From Alphaproteobacteria bacterium (GTDB lineage: Bacteria; Pseudomonadota; Alphaproteobacteria; SHVV01), in contig OZ253470.1 of the NCBI GenBank assembly GCA_965261735.1, forward strand, positions 2,336,001-2,400,000: a DNA stretch of 64,000 nucleotides, given 5' to 3'. A model generated the notes under the pieces. That model was not told where the DNA came from. It saw only the letters and a program-made list of their open reading frames with translations, and searched no databases. Positions 11,401 to 23,799 of the stretch are shown one piece after another. Made by a program: the position numbers and the translations under genes. Position 1 is the first letter of the stretch. Every line of letters begins with the position of its first letter.

Positions 11401-11956
11401 CTATTGGCGGGCGGCGGCCGAGGGCAACGACATCATCCTGTTCGAGGACGGCGCCCGCGAGGTCGCGCGCTTTGCGCTGCCGCGCCAGGATCGCTCCGGC
11501 GGCCTGTGCATCGCCGATTTCCTGCGCGACGTCGACTCCGGTGAGACGGACGTGATCGGTCTGCAGGTCGTGACCATCGGGCAGCGCGCGTCGGAGGTGG
11601 CGCGCGCCTGGTTCGCCGAGGACCGCTACCAGGACTACCTCTATCTCCACGGCCTCGGGGTCGAGGTCACCGAGGCGCTGGCCGAGTACGTGCACAAGCG
11701 GATTCGCGGCGACCTCGGCTTCGGCCACGAGGACGAGCGCGAGATCGACAAGCTCCTGAAGCAAGGCTATCGCGGCTCACGCTACTCCTTCGGCTATCCC
11801 GCGTGCCCCAATCTCGGCGATCAGCGCGTCCTGCTCGAACTCCTCGGCGCGGAGCGCCTCGGCATCGCCATGGCCGAGGAGGACCAGCTCCATCCCGAGC
11901 AATCGACCTCGGCGATCGTCATCCACCACCCCCAGGCGAAGTACTTCTCGGCGTGA
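8465..11956 (+). CDS. metH: Cobalamin-dependent methionine synthase
   Basis: DGAMG, GLNCATGP, GGCCGT, KGDVHDIGKN, SFGYPACP. Confidence 0.98.
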   Translation: MSGFLDALSDRVLLCDGAMGSRVQALDLEIERDYDGQENCTEILTRTRPDIVRDIHAGYLEAGADVVQTNTFGGSPITLGEFGLEDEAHELNRRAAEIAREAVDAFAHDGRPRYVLGSIGPGTRLPSLGHVAYDALEEALAVQCRGLIAGGVDALLIETCQDPLQIKAAVNAAKRGRAEAGAALPIAVQATVETTGTLLVGADIASAATIVEALGVDMVGLNCATGPQEMAEHVKWLRENWPGLISVQPNAGLPELVDGKTHYPLTPPEIAKWLERFIVEDGVNMVGGCCGTTVEHIAALDAMLAGLDNGARRPRPARRSVHWVPAVASLFSQVPMRQENAYLSIGERCNANGSKKFREAQEAQDWDSCVAIGRDQVREGSHALDVCTAFVGRDERGEMCELVGRMRGAVDAPLIIDSTELEVIEAALKLYGGKAIINSINFEDGEEPAAKRLELARRFGSAVIALTIGEEGMAKTTEDKVALAHRLHDFACGTHGLPASDFLFDPLTFTICTGNEDDRKLGLWTLDAIERIAGELPRCQIVLGLSNISFGLAPAARQVLNSVYLDHALKRGLTSAILHFGKILPLHAIPAEEVTVAEDLIYDRRREGYDPLHAYLALFEDRAAAPKAAKEPPANVGERLTHRIIDGDRRGLEGDLDEALTETPALDIINTFLLDGMKVVGELFGAGKMQLPFVLQSAETMKAAVSHLEPHMERVEGQEKGTLVVATVKGDVHDIGKNLVDIILTNNGYRVINLGIKQPIANIIAAAIEHGADAIGMSGLLVKSTVVMRDNLVEMTRAGLDLPVLLGGAALTRAYVEEDCAQTYGTGLVAYARDAFDGLGLMEKVKSGTFADHVAEATQKRDQRPSRNRRRLGQAAPEALQRPVDLEEIRLKRAELTNGIEVPEPPFWGARLVERVPLKALLPYINETMLFQFQWGFRKAGRDREEFRAWAEREVRPILHRMIEIANREDIIHAGACYGYWRAAAEGNDIILFEDGAREVARFALPRQDRSGGLCIADFLRDVDSGETDVIGLQVVTIGQRASEVARAWFAEDRYQDYLYLHGLGVEVTEALAEYVHKRIRGDLGFGHEDEREIDKLLKQGYRGSRYSFGYPACPNLGDQRVLLELLGAERLGIAMAEEDQLHPEQSTSAIVIHHPQAKYFSA

Positions 11957-11968
11957 GCCGCGAGGTCC

Positions 11969-13171
11969 TCAATCGCCGAACATGCGCTCCAGATAGTCGT
12001 TGATGTAGTTGTGGACGAGAAACTCGCCGCTCGACATGCGGCCGGGCTCGAAGGCGCCCGAGCTCATCACCTTCTGCAGCGATTCGATCATCGGCCGGTC
12101 CTCTTCGAGGATCTCCAGCATGAGATCGTAGGTGGGCTTTCGTTCCTCGAAATCAGGGAGGTCGAAATAGGCCTCCGGGAACGTCCGGTACTGAACGATG
12201 CGGCACTGTCCGGGCGATAGGGGCCAGACGATGATCTGCGAGACCCCGTAGGGGCGGGCGAAGGTCGTGAAGTTGGGCGTCAGGAAACCCGCACCCATGT
12301 AGCGCACCGGATCCTTGCCCTCCATCCACTCGGTGAGCCACGGCGCCGTGTCGAAGATCTTGTCGGGGTCCGTCGCCGCGGCTTGCGCCTCGTAGAAGGT
12401 GGCGTAGCCGCCATGCTTCATGCGCCGGTATTCGTAATTCTCGGGCCGTGGCCAATCGGTGAGCGTGTCGCCGTGCAGGGTGATGAGGTGATAGACGTCG
12501 ACGAAGTTCTCGTTGACGAGCTTCCAGTTGCAATTGAGGACGGTCTCGATCTTGCCGGGCAGGAGCCGGCAGCGGCCCTGCTGGAAGACGCCGAACTCCT
12601 CCGCGAACTCGGCGACGAAATCGGCGAGCGGTGCCGCGTGCTCATCGAAGTTCACGAACACCCAGCCCTCCCAGACGCCGAGCCGGAGCGGGCGCAGGCG
12701 GCAGTCGCCCGCGTCGAAGCCCTTGACGTCGTCCATGTAGGCCGCGCCCAGAAGCTTGCCCGATAAGTCGTAGGTCCAGGCGTGGTAGGGGCACTGGAAG
12801 TGCTTGAGGTTGCCCTCGCCGGCGGCGACCTCGACGCCGCGGTGGGCGCACACGTTGTAGAAGGCGTTGAGCTCGCCGGCGTGGTTCCGCGCAACGACAA
12901 TGGGCTCGCCCATGATGTTGAAGGTCATGTAGTCGCCGGGCTTCTCGACCTCCTCGGCGCGGGCCACCGCGAGCCAGTCCTTCATGAAGATCTTCTGCTT
13001 CTCGATCTCGAACAGCTCGGGCGAGGTGTAGATGTAGGCCGGCAGGTGGCGCGCCTCGTCGAGCGGCCGTTGCGTCGCCTCGAGCCCTTCGCCGAGGGCG
13101 TTGCTTCCGTTGCCGGGTGGGAATGCTTCCGCGAGCGCCATGGCATCCTCCGCTAGGGGCGCATCGTTCAC
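11969..13171 (-). CDS. Rieske non-heme iron oxygenase alpha subunit (choline/betaine/carnitine monooxygenase-like group)
   Basis: CAHRG...CPYHAW Rieske motif; NWK..ENFVDVYHLITLH and EEDR mononuclear-iron ligands. Confidence 0.88.
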   Translation of the reverse strand: MNDAPLAEDAMALAEAFPPGNGSNALGEGLEATQRPLDEARHLPAYIYTSPELFEIEKQKIFMKDWLAVARAEEVEKPGDYMTFNIMGEPIVVARNHAGELNAFYNVCAHRGVEVAAGEGNLKHFQCPYHAWTYDLSGKLLGAAYMDDVKGFDAGDCRLRPLRLGVWEGWVFVNFDEHAAPLADFVAEFAEEFGVFQQGRCRLLPGKIETVLNCNWKLVNENFVDVYHLITLHGDTLTDWPRPENYEYRRMKHGGYATFYEAQAAATDPDKIFDTAPWLTEWMEGKDPVRYMGAGFLTPNFTTFARPYGVSQIIVWPLSPGQCRIVQYRTFPEAYFDLPDFEERKPTYDLMLEILEEDRPMIESLQKVMSSGAFEPGRMSSGEFLVHNYINDYLERMFGD

Positions 13172-13226
13172 GTAGCATAGCGCGATTCGCGAACCGCCAA
13201 AAGCCGAGCCTACCGACGGGCTGCTT

Positions 13227-14327
13227 CTATGTGGTCTGGGCGTAGGCGTCCATGACCGCGGCGATCACGCGTTCGGATTCATTGATTACGGGCTGCCACG
13301 CCGGCGTCACCGGATCGGCGTGGAACAGGACCTTGTGGCGTGCGAAAAAATCGATCTCCGGGTAGTGCCGGAACAGCTTGCGCTTCAATTCCCGCAACAC
13401 CTCGGCCAGGGTCGCGGTTGAGAACCGGTTCTCGGATTCGGGACGGCCATAGTAGTAGTCGGCTGGTGCCAGGCATCCGGCGCAGATCGCGTCGCTGTCG
13501 CCGACCACGTGGATGCGCTCGAGCTCGGGGATGACGGTGAAGATAAAGCCGCCGTCGATCTGGTCGTTCGCCTGCGGTTCAGCATGACGGGTCGGCCGGA
13601 TGGCCAGCGGGTGCATGGCGAACCACCTCTGGACCAAACCGCCGTCACCGACGTGCCACAGGAGGTTGTGTTTCCACTGCGGGAACCACTCCGAATCGAC
13701 GAAGGCGCCGGCCACGCTCGGATGCAGGCAGTCGAGCGCAAGCCGCACAAGGTCGCGCGGCGGCACCGTGATAGAGAACTCTTCAGGGCGCGCGAATTTC
13801 TCGGCAATACGATGCGCCGCGGGCTCGTGAACCATGTCGAAGGGCGCGAAGCAGATACCACGTGCCCCCGACTCCAGCAGCTCGACGATCGCGGGGAAGG
13901 TGCCGTCCGCGTAGACGACGTCGGCGGTGGCGATGACCAGCGCCGCGTCCGCCGCCGCGCCCGCACGGATACCGTCGAAATAGCACGCGGACTGCAGGTT
14001 GAACTTGCTCATGTCGTAGCGGTCCATCGCGCGGATGTTCTTGGTCTGATCGGTCTTGTCGCTCCCTGGCTCTCGGGTGAAGGACACCTCGTCGGGGAGC
14101 GGAACCCAGTCGATCTTGGCGAAGTCGGCGAGCCGCTTGATCAGGCCGGGCGCCTCGCGAACGATGGCCTGATAGTCGGTCTGCGTGCTGTAGATGCGGT
14201 AACTGACGGCGACGTCCTTGGCGATCGCGGGCAGGTTGTTGGCCGACAGGTGCGACGGCAGGACGTAGTTCTGCGTGAGCTTGCGGAAGTAGGAGCCCCA
14301 GGCCGGAAGGAGAATATGGAGGTCCAT
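13227..14327 (-). CDS. Hypothetical protein, possible GT-A/nucleotide-diphospho-sugar transferase-like fold
   Basis: 366-aa ORF with host-like codon use; LPAWG..Y...LPSHLSANNLPAI and ADVVYADG motifs; the fold call is inference. Confidence 0.6.
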   Translation of the reverse strand: MDLHILLPAWGSYFRKLTQNYVLPSHLSANNLPAIAKDVAVSYRIYSTQTDYQAIVREAPGLIKRLADFAKIDWVPLPDEVSFTREPGSDKTDQTKNIRAMDRYDMSKFNLQSACYFDGIRAGAAADAALVIATADVVYADGTFPAIVELLESGARGICFAPFDMVHEPAAHRIAEKFARPEEFSITVPPRDLVRLALDCLHPSVAGAFVDSEWFPQWKHNLLWHVGDGGLVQRWFAMHPLAIRPTRHAEPQANDQIDGGFIFTVIPELERIHVVGDSDAICAGCLAPADYYYGRPESENRFSTATLAEVLRELKRKLFRHYPEIDFFARHKVLFHADPVTPAWQPVINESERVIAAVMDAYAQTT

Positions 14328-14382
14328 GGGGGGTCCTACTTGAAGGCCGCGGCGGGTATTCGAGAGGTGGCGGCGCGGCCCG

Positions 14383-15072
14383 CTACCAGGGAATTTCGCT
14401 TCCGTCGTAGTTGAGATAGCGGCCCGAATCGCCGGGGCCAAGCTCGGCGATCACCGCGCGCAGGGCGGTGACGCTCTCGGTCGTACTCAAAGCCGCGTTC
14501 TTGCCACCCATGTCGGTCCGCACCCAGCCCGGATGGACGACCACCGCGGTTGCCCGGCCGTCGAGGTCGCGGGCGAGGTTGCGCGTCACCGCGTTTACGG
14601 CCGCCTTGCTCGACCGGTACAGATAGGCGCCGCCCGGCGCCTCGGTGATGCTTCCCATGCGGCTCGACACCGTGACGACCAGTTTTCGCTCGCTGCGTGC
14701 GACGTGATCGATAAAGGCCTCGATCATCTTCGTCGGCCCGAGGAGGTTCGCCCGCAGCACCTCCTGCCACTCCACGTAGTCGATCTTGCCGAACACCTGC
14801 GGCCAGCCGCCCGAGACGCCGGCGTTGTTCAACAATAGGTCGATCGCTTCGCCCCCGAGGGCACTGGCGAGCCGGTCGACACCGCCGAGATCGGTAACGT
14901 CGAGCGCGTGCACCGATAACCGGCCCGCGCTCGCCTCGGCGAGCCGGTTGAGTGCATCGGCGCGGTCGGGATCGCGCGCGCCACCGAACACGCGCCAGCC
15001 ATCGCTCGCGTACTGCTTCGCGAATTCAAGGCCGAGGCCGCGGTTCGCCCCGGTGATGAGCGCCGTGGGCAT
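14383..15072 (-). CDS. SDR oxidoreductase (CsgA/sniffer-like), paralog 1
   Basis: TGANRGLG, NNAG, YRSSK, HPGWVRTDMG. Confidence 0.93.
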   Translation of the reverse strand: MPTALITGANRGLGLEFAKQYASDGWRVFGGARDPDRADALNRLAEASAGRLSVHALDVTDLGGVDRLASALGGEAIDLLLNNAGVSGGWPQVFGKIDYVEWQEVLRANLLGPTKMIEAFIDHVARSERKLVVTVSSRMGSITEAPGGAYLYRSSKAAVNAVTRNLARDLDGRATAVVVHPGWVRTDMGGKNAALSTTESVTALRAVIAELGPGDSGRYLNYDGSEIPW

Positions 15073-15081
15073 GCCGCTGCT

Positions 15082-15816
15082 CTAGGGCGGGAACTCCTCG
15101 CCGTGCCACCAGTAGAGGCGGCCGGAATCGGCGGGAGTCAGCGAATCCATGATCTTGCGCATGCCCTGGATGCTCTCTGACGGAGCGATCAGCAGGTCTT
15201 CGGTCTGGCCCGGATCGAGGTCGGCCCGGCCCATCTCGGTGTTGGACCACCCCGGGTTGATCGACACGACCGTAGTGCCATCGCCCTTAAGGTAGCCCGA
15301 GAGCTCCTTGGTGATCAGGTTGATCGCCACCTTGCTCGAGCGATAGACGTGCTTGTTGTCGCCCCACTCGATGTACTCGCTGCCCGTCGAGGACACCGAG
15401 CCCAGCGTGCTCGTCATGTTGAGGATGATCTTGCGCCGGCCGCGCGCGACGTACGGCGCGAAGGCCTCGCACATCTTCATGGTGCCGAAGAGATTGGTGC
15501 GCAGGACGGCGTCCCACTTGGCGTAGTCGGTGGCACCAAATACGTCGCGCGTGGGTAGGACGCCGGCGTTGTTCACGAGCACGTCGATGGCCTCGCCGCC
15601 GAGTTCAGCGGCCAGCGCATCGATACTCGCGTGATCGTCGATGTCGAGGGGATGCACGCTGACGCGGCCCTTGGAGGCGGCGGCGATGGCGTTGAGCTCC
15701 TGGGCCCCGGCGGGATTGCGGCAGCAGGCGAGGAGGCGCCAGCCCGCTTCGTCCAGCTGCCGCACCCACTCGAGGCCGAGGCCGCGATTGGCGCCGCTAA
15801 TCAGCATCGTGTCCAT
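15082..15816 (-). CDS. SDR oxidoreductase (CsgA/sniffer-like), paralog 2
   Basis: SGANRGLG, NNAG, YRSSK, NPGWSNTEMG. Confidence 0.93.
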   Translation of the reverse strand: MDTMLISGANRGLGLEWVRQLDEAGWRLLACCRNPAGAQELNAIAAASKGRVSVHPLDIDDHASIDALAAELGGEAIDVLVNNAGVLPTRDVFGATDYAKWDAVLRTNLFGTMKMCEAFAPYVARGRRKIILNMTSTLGSVSSTGSEYIEWGDNKHVYRSSKVAINLITKELSGYLKGDGTTVVSINPGWSNTEMGRADLDPGQTEDLLIAPSESIQGMRKIMDSLTPADSGRLYWWHGEEFPP

Positions 15817-15862
15817 GGCAGGCGAGGTTAATCGCGCCGCCGCGCGGCGTCAAAGCCTTCGA

Positions 15863-16606
15863 TTACCAGGGGACGTCGGTTCCGTCATAGCGGATGAAAC
15901 GCCCGGCGTCGGCGGCCGCGAGCCCGTCGATCACCCCGCGCATGCCGGCGATACTGACCTCCGGTGTGAGCATATCGGCGAGCTTCGCGTCGGGCTTGAG
16001 CACGCGCCCCTCCTCGTCGCGGTCATGCAGGCTCGCGATCCCCATGTCGGTCGCGACCCAGCCCGGCGTCAGCGCCACGGCGATGATGCCGCGCGGCGCC
16101 AGGGCATCCGCCATCATGCGCACCACCATGTTGAGGGCCGCCTTCGAGGTGCGGTAGGCGAGCGCGCCGTCGCCCCGGGCATTGGCGATGCTGCCGAGGC
16201 CACTGGAGAGGGTGGCGAGAACACCGCGCCGGCTCCGCGCCACGTGAGGCGCAAAGGCCTCGGCCATCCTCATCGGCGCAAAGACGTTGGTCCACATCGT
16301 CTTCGCCCATCGCGCATAGTCGGTGTGCCCGAACGCCTGGTAGAGCGGCATGACGCCCGCGTTATTGATCAGCACGTCGATGGTCTCGTCGCGCAGCGCA
16401 TCTGCCAGCGCAGCGATTGCTGCGTGGTCGTCGATGTCGAGCGCATGGACCGCGACGCCGCCCGCGCCCCCGGCCAGCGCGGTGAGCGGGTCGGCCTGCG
16501 CTGGGTCGCGGCAGCAGGCGAGGACGCGCCAACCGGCGCCCGCGTACTGCCGAACGAATTCGAGCCCAAGGCCGCGATTGGCCCCGGTGATCAGAAGCGT
16601 GTCCAT
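15863..16606 (-). CDS. SDR oxidoreductase (CsgA/sniffer-like), paralog 3
   Basis: TGANRGLG, NNAG, YRTSK, TPGWVATDMG. Confidence 0.93.
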   Translation of the reverse strand: MDTLLITGANRGLGLEFVRQYAGAGWRVLACCRDPAQADPLTALAGGAGGVAVHALDIDDHAAIAALADALRDETIDVLINNAGVMPLYQAFGHTDYARWAKTMWTNVFAPMRMAEAFAPHVARSRRGVLATLSSGLGSIANARGDGALAYRTSKAALNMVVRMMADALAPRGIIAVALTPGWVATDMGIASLHDRDEEGRVLKPDAKLADMLTPEVSIAGMRGVIDGLAAADAGRFIRYDGTDVPW

Positions 16607-16687
16607 GGGAGACTCGTGCGTTGCTGGGTCGGGTGCCGCCAGACTAGGCGTTTTCCTCGCCGCTTGAAAACAGGGGCGCTCGCGCGC

Positions 16688-20274
<3,587 letters not shown>

Positions 20275-20278
<4 letters not shown>

Positions 20279-21426
20279 GATCCGCCCCACTCGCCATAGG
20301 CGGCGCACAGGCGGGCGGCCATCACCTCGCCTGCGACGCGGTGGCCGCGGGCGTTCCAGTGGCCGCCGGCGAAGGACTTGGAGCCGTGCAGGCGAGCGGC
20401 GTTGGCTTCGGCGTAGTGGCGTAGAGGCTCCACGAGCGTGATGGCCGGGATGCCGCGCACGGCGGCGAATTCGGCGAGCCGCCGGTCGGGATAGTCGAGG
20501 CTCTCGACCCCAAGAGCGCGGCGACGGGTGTCGCGCACCGAGGCATCCGGATAGACCTGAATGGGGTTCGTCAACGTCACCAGCCAGAAATCGGCGTCAC
20601 GCGCCGCGGCGGCGTCCCGCATGTGCGCGATGAGTGCCTCGCTGACGCGCCAGGCCTCGCGCCACGGCCCGGTGGGCTCGCGGTAGAGTTCGGCGCCGAG
20701 GCCCGCGCCAAGCTGATCGAGGACATCGCCACCCGCCGCACTGCCGCCACGCACCCGCCGGTAGGCTTGGCGCGCCACCTGCAGGGTGCGCGACGCGTTG
20801 TGGAGCGCGTGTTTTAGATCGGACCAGGTCTTCTTGGTGCGGAAGCGGGCCGAACGCAGGTTGCCGTCGTCGACCACGAGCGCGCCGTCGCGCAGGACGA
20901 AGTAGGGGCGGTCGGGATGGCCGTCGAGGGCGCGGCTGTTGTTGGCCACGTCGTTGCCGGTGAAGAACGCGAGCATCACGACGTCCGGGGAGTAGGGCCA
21001 CACGCGGGTTTCGAGCACGATCGCGGCTTGCGCGGTGCCGTAGCCGTTGACCCCGAAGCCCAGGACCTCGACCGCGCCGACGCAGTCACTCAGTTTGCGC
21101 TCGGCGACCTTCCAGAAAGTATCCTCGAGCGCCACCTCACGGCCCTCGGTAAAGGAGTCGCCGAGCACCGCGACGCGCAGCGTGCCGGGGGGCTTGGCGA
21201 GCGCATGCGCTTCGTCGCGAAAGCCGGCATCGTTGATGCGAATGTGCGTCCTTCCCTCGAACGCATAGGTCCCGGCGAGACCCGGCCGCGGCGACCAGCC
21301 GAGGACAGGGTCGAGACGGTTGATCTCGGGGTACGAGATGCCGAGCAGCCGCAACACGACCTCGCCGACCACGAGGGCGAGGACGAGGCTCGCGGCAACG
21401 AGGAGCAGATTTCCCTTGGCCATCAT
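20275..21426 (-). CDS. Membrane-anchored SGNH/GDSL hydrolase-family protein
   Basis: N-terminal TM helix, [35 protein letters not shown]; stop overlaps oplA start. Confidence 0.88.
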
Positions 21427-21448
21427 CCGCGAGGCTCGCCGGTCGGGG

Positions 21449-21590
21449 CCCCCCTCCCTAACCCTGCCCCACGAAGGGGGGAGGGGATGTTGGAGCCGGT
21501 CGGGCCGGCGCGCTACGATCGCCCGTGGACAACGAACCCTCCGAGCTTCGTCACCCTCCCCCTTGATGGGGGAGGGCTGGGGCGGGGGTG
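21449..21590. repeat. Composite palindromic REP/RIME-like intergenic repeat, copy A
   Basis: Two convergent units, including hairpin CCCTCCCCCTTGATGGGGGAGGG; similar to 42302-42400. Confidence 0.8.
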
Positions 21591-21621
21591 GCATGCGGGT
21601 TCAACTGTTGGATCACCACCC

Positions 21622-23454
21622 CTAGTCGGGCGCGAAGGTGTTCTTGTAGTCGCGCGCGAGCGCCGGGTCCTGGTCCAGCTTGCGCAGGTAGCAGTCGCCG
21701 ATGGCGAGCGCATCGAGGTCGGTGCCCATGAAGCAGCGGAAGGCATCTTCGGGCGTACACACCATGGGTTCGCCGCGCACGTTGAAGCTCGTGTTGACCA
21801 GGACCGGGCAACCGGTGAGCTCCTTGAAGCGGGTCAGTAGCGCGTGATAGCGCGGGTTGGTTTCGCTGTGCACGGTCTGGATACGGGCCGAGTGGTCGAC
21901 GTGGGTGACGGCCGGGATCGTCGAGCGCGGCACGTTGAGCTTGTCGATGCCGAACAGCGCCTGGTCGGCATTGGTCATGGCGCGGCGCTGTGCCTCCGCG
22001 ACCGCCGCCACGATCAGCATGTAGGGGCTGTCCTCGTCGAGCTCGAACCACTCGGCCGCGTCCTCGCGCGGCACCGAAGGCGCGAAGGGGCGGAAGGACT
22101 CGCGGAACTTGACCTTGAGATTAAGCACCGACTGCATGGTCGGCGAGCGGGCATCGCCGAGGATCGAGCGCCCGCCGAGCGCCCGCGGCCCGAACTCCAT
22201 GCGGCCCTGGAACCACCCGACGGCCTCGCCCGCAGCCAGTGCGCGCGCGCAGGAATCGATGAGCGCCGCATCCTCAAGCACCTCAAACCGCGCTCCCACC
22301 TCGCCGAGCCGCGCCTCGATGTCGTCCTGGGCGAAGCCGGGCCCGAGGAAGGCACCCTGCATGGCGTCGGCACCGTTGGTTTGGCGCGGCGCGCCGTTGA
22401 GCAGGTGGGTCGCGCACAGCGCGGCCCCGAGCGCACCGCCGGCATCGCCCGCCGCGGGCTGGACCCACAGCCGCTCGAACCGGCCGTCGCGCAGGACCTT
22501 GCCGTTGGCGACGCAGTTGAGCGCCACACCGCCTGCGAGGCACAGGTATTTCGCCCCGGTGTCCTCATGGAGCGCCCGGGTGAGGCGCAGAACGACTTCC
22601 TCGCACACGGCCTGGATCGATGCCGCGAGGTCCATGTCGCGCTGCGTCACCAGCGCGGCCGGATCGCGCGCCGGCGCACCGAACAGCGCGTCGAACTTGG
22701 GGTTCGTCATCGCCAGCCCGGTGCAATAGTCGAAATAGGACTGATCGAGGCGGAAGGTGCCGTCGGGCTTGAGGTCGATCAGGTGGTCGAGGATGGTCTG
22801 GGTGTATTTGGGCTCGCCGTAGGGTGCCAGGCCCATGACCTTGTGTTCGCCGGAATTGACCTTGAAGCCCGTGTAATAGGTGAAGGCGGAGTAGAGCAGG
22901 CCGAGCGAGTGGGGGAAATAAATCTCACGCAGCATGTCGAGCCGATTGCCGTGGCCGGCCGCGACCGACGTGGTCGCCCATTCCCCGACCCCGTCCATGG
23001 TCAGTACGGCGGCCTCGTCGAACGGCGAGGGGAAGAAGGCGCTGGCGGCGTGGCTCTGGTGATGCTCGGTGAACAGGAGCTTGGCGCGGGCATCGAAGTC
23101 GGGATCGAAGCGCGCGAGCTCGCTACGCAGCAGCCGCTTCTGGAACAGCTTCTCCTTGAGCCACAGCGGCATCGCCATGCGGAACGAGCGATAGCCCCTG
23201 GGCGCGAACGCCAGGTAGGTCTCGACGAGGCGCTCGAACTTGATGAACGGCTTGTCGTAGAAGGCGACGTGGTCGACGTCGGCGAGCTCGAGGCCCGCGT
23301 GTGCGAGGCAGCTCGCGATGGCGTGCCGGGGAAAGCGGGCATCGTGCTTGCGGCGGGTGAAGCGCTCCTCCTGCGCGGCCGCCACGATGTGCCCGTCCTC
23401 GACGAGCGCGGCGGCGCTGTCGTGATAGAACGCGGAGACGCCGAGGACGCGCAC
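21622..23454 (-). CDS. O-carbamoyltransferase (NodU/CmcH/SxtI family)
   Basis: YHDSAAAL, QEERFTRRKHD, HHQSHAASAF, DGVGE, AGGVALNCVANG, EFGPRALG, NTSFNVRGEP. Confidence 0.95.
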   Translation of the reverse strand: MRVLGVSAFYHDSAAALVEDGHIVAAAQEERFTRRKHDARFPRHAIASCLAHAGLELADVDHVAFYDKPFIKFERLVETYLAFAPRGYRSFRMAMPLWLKEKLFQKRLLRSELARFDPDFDARAKLLFTEHHQSHAASAFFPSPFDEAAVLTMDGVGEWATTSVAAGHGNRLDMLREIYFPHSLGLLYSAFTYYTGFKVNSGEHKVMGLAPYGEPKYTQTILDHLIDLKPDGTFRLDQSYFDYCTGLAMTNPKFDALFGAPARDPAALVTQRDMDLAASIQAVCEEVVLRLTRALHEDTGAKYLCLAGGVALNCVANGKVLRDGRFERLWVQPAAGDAGGALGAALCATHLLNGAPRQTNGADAMQGAFLGPGFAQDDIEARLGEVGARFEVLEDAALIDSCARALAAGEAVGWFQGRMEFGPRALGGRSILGDARSPTMQSVLNLKVKFRESFRPFAPSVPREDAAEWFELDEDSPYMLIVAAVAEAQRRAMTNADQALFGIDKLNVPRSTIPAVTHVDHSARIQTVHSETNPRYHALLTRFKELTGCPVLVNTSFNVRGEPMVCTPEDAFRCFMGTDLDALAIGDCYLRKLDQDPALARDYKNTFAPD

Positions 23455-23463
23455 GCGCGGACG

Positions 23464-23613
23464 TCAGAAGATCGTGTAGATGAAGGGGGCCACGGCCGAG
23501 CCCTGGCTCAGCACGACGAGGCCGCCGAACAGCAGCAGCATGGCGAACAGCGGCAGCAGCCAGAACTTCTTGCGCGCCCTGAGGTAGGCCCAAAACTCGA
23601 TCAGGAAGTCCAT
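23464..23613 (-). CDS. DUF5989/SxtK-like small membrane protein (49 aa; below the ORF-track cutoff)
   Basis: MDFLIEFWAYLRARKKFWLLPLFAMLLLFGGLVVLSQGSAVAPFIYTIF; RKKFWL.P and APFIYT.F signature; adjacent to the carbamoyltransferase. Confidence 0.9.
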   Translation of the reverse strand: MDFLIEFWAYLRARKKFWLLPLFAMLLLFGGLVVLSQGSAVAPFIYTIF

Positions 23614-23799
23614 GCACAGCCCCACCGCCGGCCCGTGGCGCGCCGCGCGAGCCCCGGACGACTGCTACTATACCGCACGGCACCGGTCGGTGCAGCCGCG
23701 GGGCGCGCCACGGGTACGCGTCTGGCGCGCGCGCGGCGAAGGGAGTAAGTTGCGGTGGGCGCGGCAGCTCCGCCCGATGCGGACGATACGCGCGCGATC

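Noticed and set aside
21622-23613. Saxitoxin biosynthesis (sxtI/sxtK-like genes)
   Set aside because: No sxtA, sxtG or sxtB core genes; this module is widespread outside toxin producers
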